Assembly (NCBI GenBank): GCA_051453625.1
Contig: JBOZIK010000001.1
Location: 33,561,613 to 33,614,383 of the forward strand
Origin: Welwitschia mirabilis
Taxonomy: Eukaryota
Direction of reading: 5' to 3'
DNA length: 52,771 bases
Shown: positions 51,401 to 52,771 of the stretch, piece by piece
Position numbering within the stretch: the stretch's first letter is position 1
How the letters are laid out: each line of letters opens with the position of its first letter
Position numbers and translations under genes: made by a program
The notes under the pieces: model-generated
Seen by the model: the letters and a program-made list of their open reading frames with translations, nothing else
Databases searched by the model: none
What the model was told of the DNA's origin: nothing

Positions 51401-52150
51401 TATACTTTTTCTTTTAAGGTACCATTTAAAAAATCACTTTTAACATCTATTTGATACACTTTGAAATTTTTAAATGTTGTAAAAGAAAAAACATTCTAAT
51501 GCTATCAAACCTTGCAATAGGAGTAAAGGTATCACCTACATTAATGCCTTCTATTTGGTTGTATTCTTGTGCTACTAATGTTGCCTTGTTTTTAATAATA
51601 TTATTTTCTTCATCACATTTGTTTTTAAAAATCTACTTAGTCCTAACGACATTTTTATCTTTAGCCTTTTCATAAGTTTTCAAACATTATTTTTCTTAAA
51701 CTATTATAATTAATATTGCATTGCCATCATCCATTCCTTATGATTTTCAACTTTGTCAAATTTCTTGGGCCCTATTTTTGAAATATAACAAATGTGGGCA
51801 TATAAATTCTTCATAGAAATTCTTGTCTTTATTTTTGAATTAACTTCTCTAGTAATAGATTTTAATGGATGATCTTTTAATTCTTTGAACTTTTTAGTTA
51901 TAACTTCTTTTGTAGGAGCTTCATTATTTTCAATAATCACTACATTTGTTGTGGGAATACTTGTAGATATGCCTTTCTCATCAACTAAATAATTTGGTTT
52001 TGTGTTAATGTCATTAATTTGTATATTAATTAATTCTTCTACCATTAAATTTCTCTTGTTGAAAACTCGATATGCTCTACTTTTAGTTAAGTAATCCAAA
52101 AAAATAGCTTCATTGGCTCTAGAGTCAAATTTTTTTTAAATGTTCTCTCT
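48410..52150 (-). mobile_element. SIRE-like element 3' half: IN C-terminus, RT-RH, truncated env-like tail, PPTs, 3' LTR copy 2 (48410-49631)
   Basis: ORF 51710-52099 (SRAYRVFNKR...EWMMAMQ), IYVDD at ~51183-51197, KNPIQHSRTKHI at ~50450-50485, LTR colinear with 46490-48013. Confidence 0.88.
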
Positions 52151-52163
52151 CTTTCAGCACATA

Positions 52164-52771
52164 TGTTGTGCTGCCAATTTGTGGTTATTTGATGTAATTT
52201 TTAAGCTATTTTGCAGGACATTTAAAAAGGTTTAGGTGCAATTTTGAGGATTTTGGAGAATTAATATAAGATCTCAGAAATGTGTAATTATTACTCAGAT
52301 TTGATGCATTTAAGGCATATTCTGATACATCGAGCCTTAGAAGTAGATTATTGATAGAAAGGTTAGCTTTTTATTTGTAAAATAATTAAAGAAGACCATT
52401 ATCCCCTCTATCATCCTCATGATNNNNNNNNNNNNNNNNNNNNNNNNNNNNNNNNNNNNNNNNNNNNNNNNNNNNNNNNNNNNNNNNNNNNNNNNNNNNN
52501 NNNNNNNNNNNNNNNNNNNNNNNTCAGAATTGTGTAATTATTACTCATATTTGATGCATTTAAGGCATATTCTGATACATCGAGCCTTAGAGGTAGATTA
52601 TTGATAGAAAGGTTTGCTTTTTATTTGTAAAATAATTAAAGAAGACCATTATCCCCTCTATCATCCTCATGATAGGAAGGAAGATGATAATCTTTGTTGC
52701 TAATGTGGACTATTAAATCATCTACTGAGTTATCTTTTGAGTTGCTTTTTGTAATGAGATGTCATCTCCCA
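52164..52771 (+). mobile_element. Possible start of another LTR truncating the SIRE-like element
   Basis: Copia coding ends abruptly at ~52150, then TGTTGTGCTGCC...TTTTGCAGG; no second terminus in the window. Confidence 0.3.

Noticed and set aside
52274..52673. ~150-bp repeat flanking a gap
   Set aside because: Near-identical across a 100-N gap; likely unmerged haplotypes.

Overview
AT-rich plant genomic DNA from a gapped draft assembly. Only one host gene is recognisable: the first coding exon (8882-9166, minus strand) of FKGP, the bifunctional L-fucokinase/GDP-L-fucose pyrophosphorylase. It sits in a small CpG-retaining island and is followed by an intron of at least 8.8 kb that runs off the left edge. 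Nearly everything else is a graveyard of decayed LTR retrotransposons. There are four Sirevirus/SIRE-like Ty1-copia elements with env-like ORFs, one nested exactly inside the RT of another. There is also a Tork/Tnt1-like fragment, a 312-bp TRIM, several Ty3-gypsy LTRs and fragments, tandem repeats and microsatellites. I see no clearly new protein-coding system. The most interesting signals are non-coding: (i) family-specific palindrome arrays plus TATA that recur both in the LTR and just upstream of the env-like ORF, suggesting an internal promoter; (ii) strong CpA/TpG->TpA (RIP-like) decay of the repeats; (iii) a spacer-less tail-to-tail LTR palindrome and a chimeric element inside the FKGP intron; (iv) a TRIM carrying a tRNA B-box. 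All lineage assignments come from motif recognition by eye, not from database searches.
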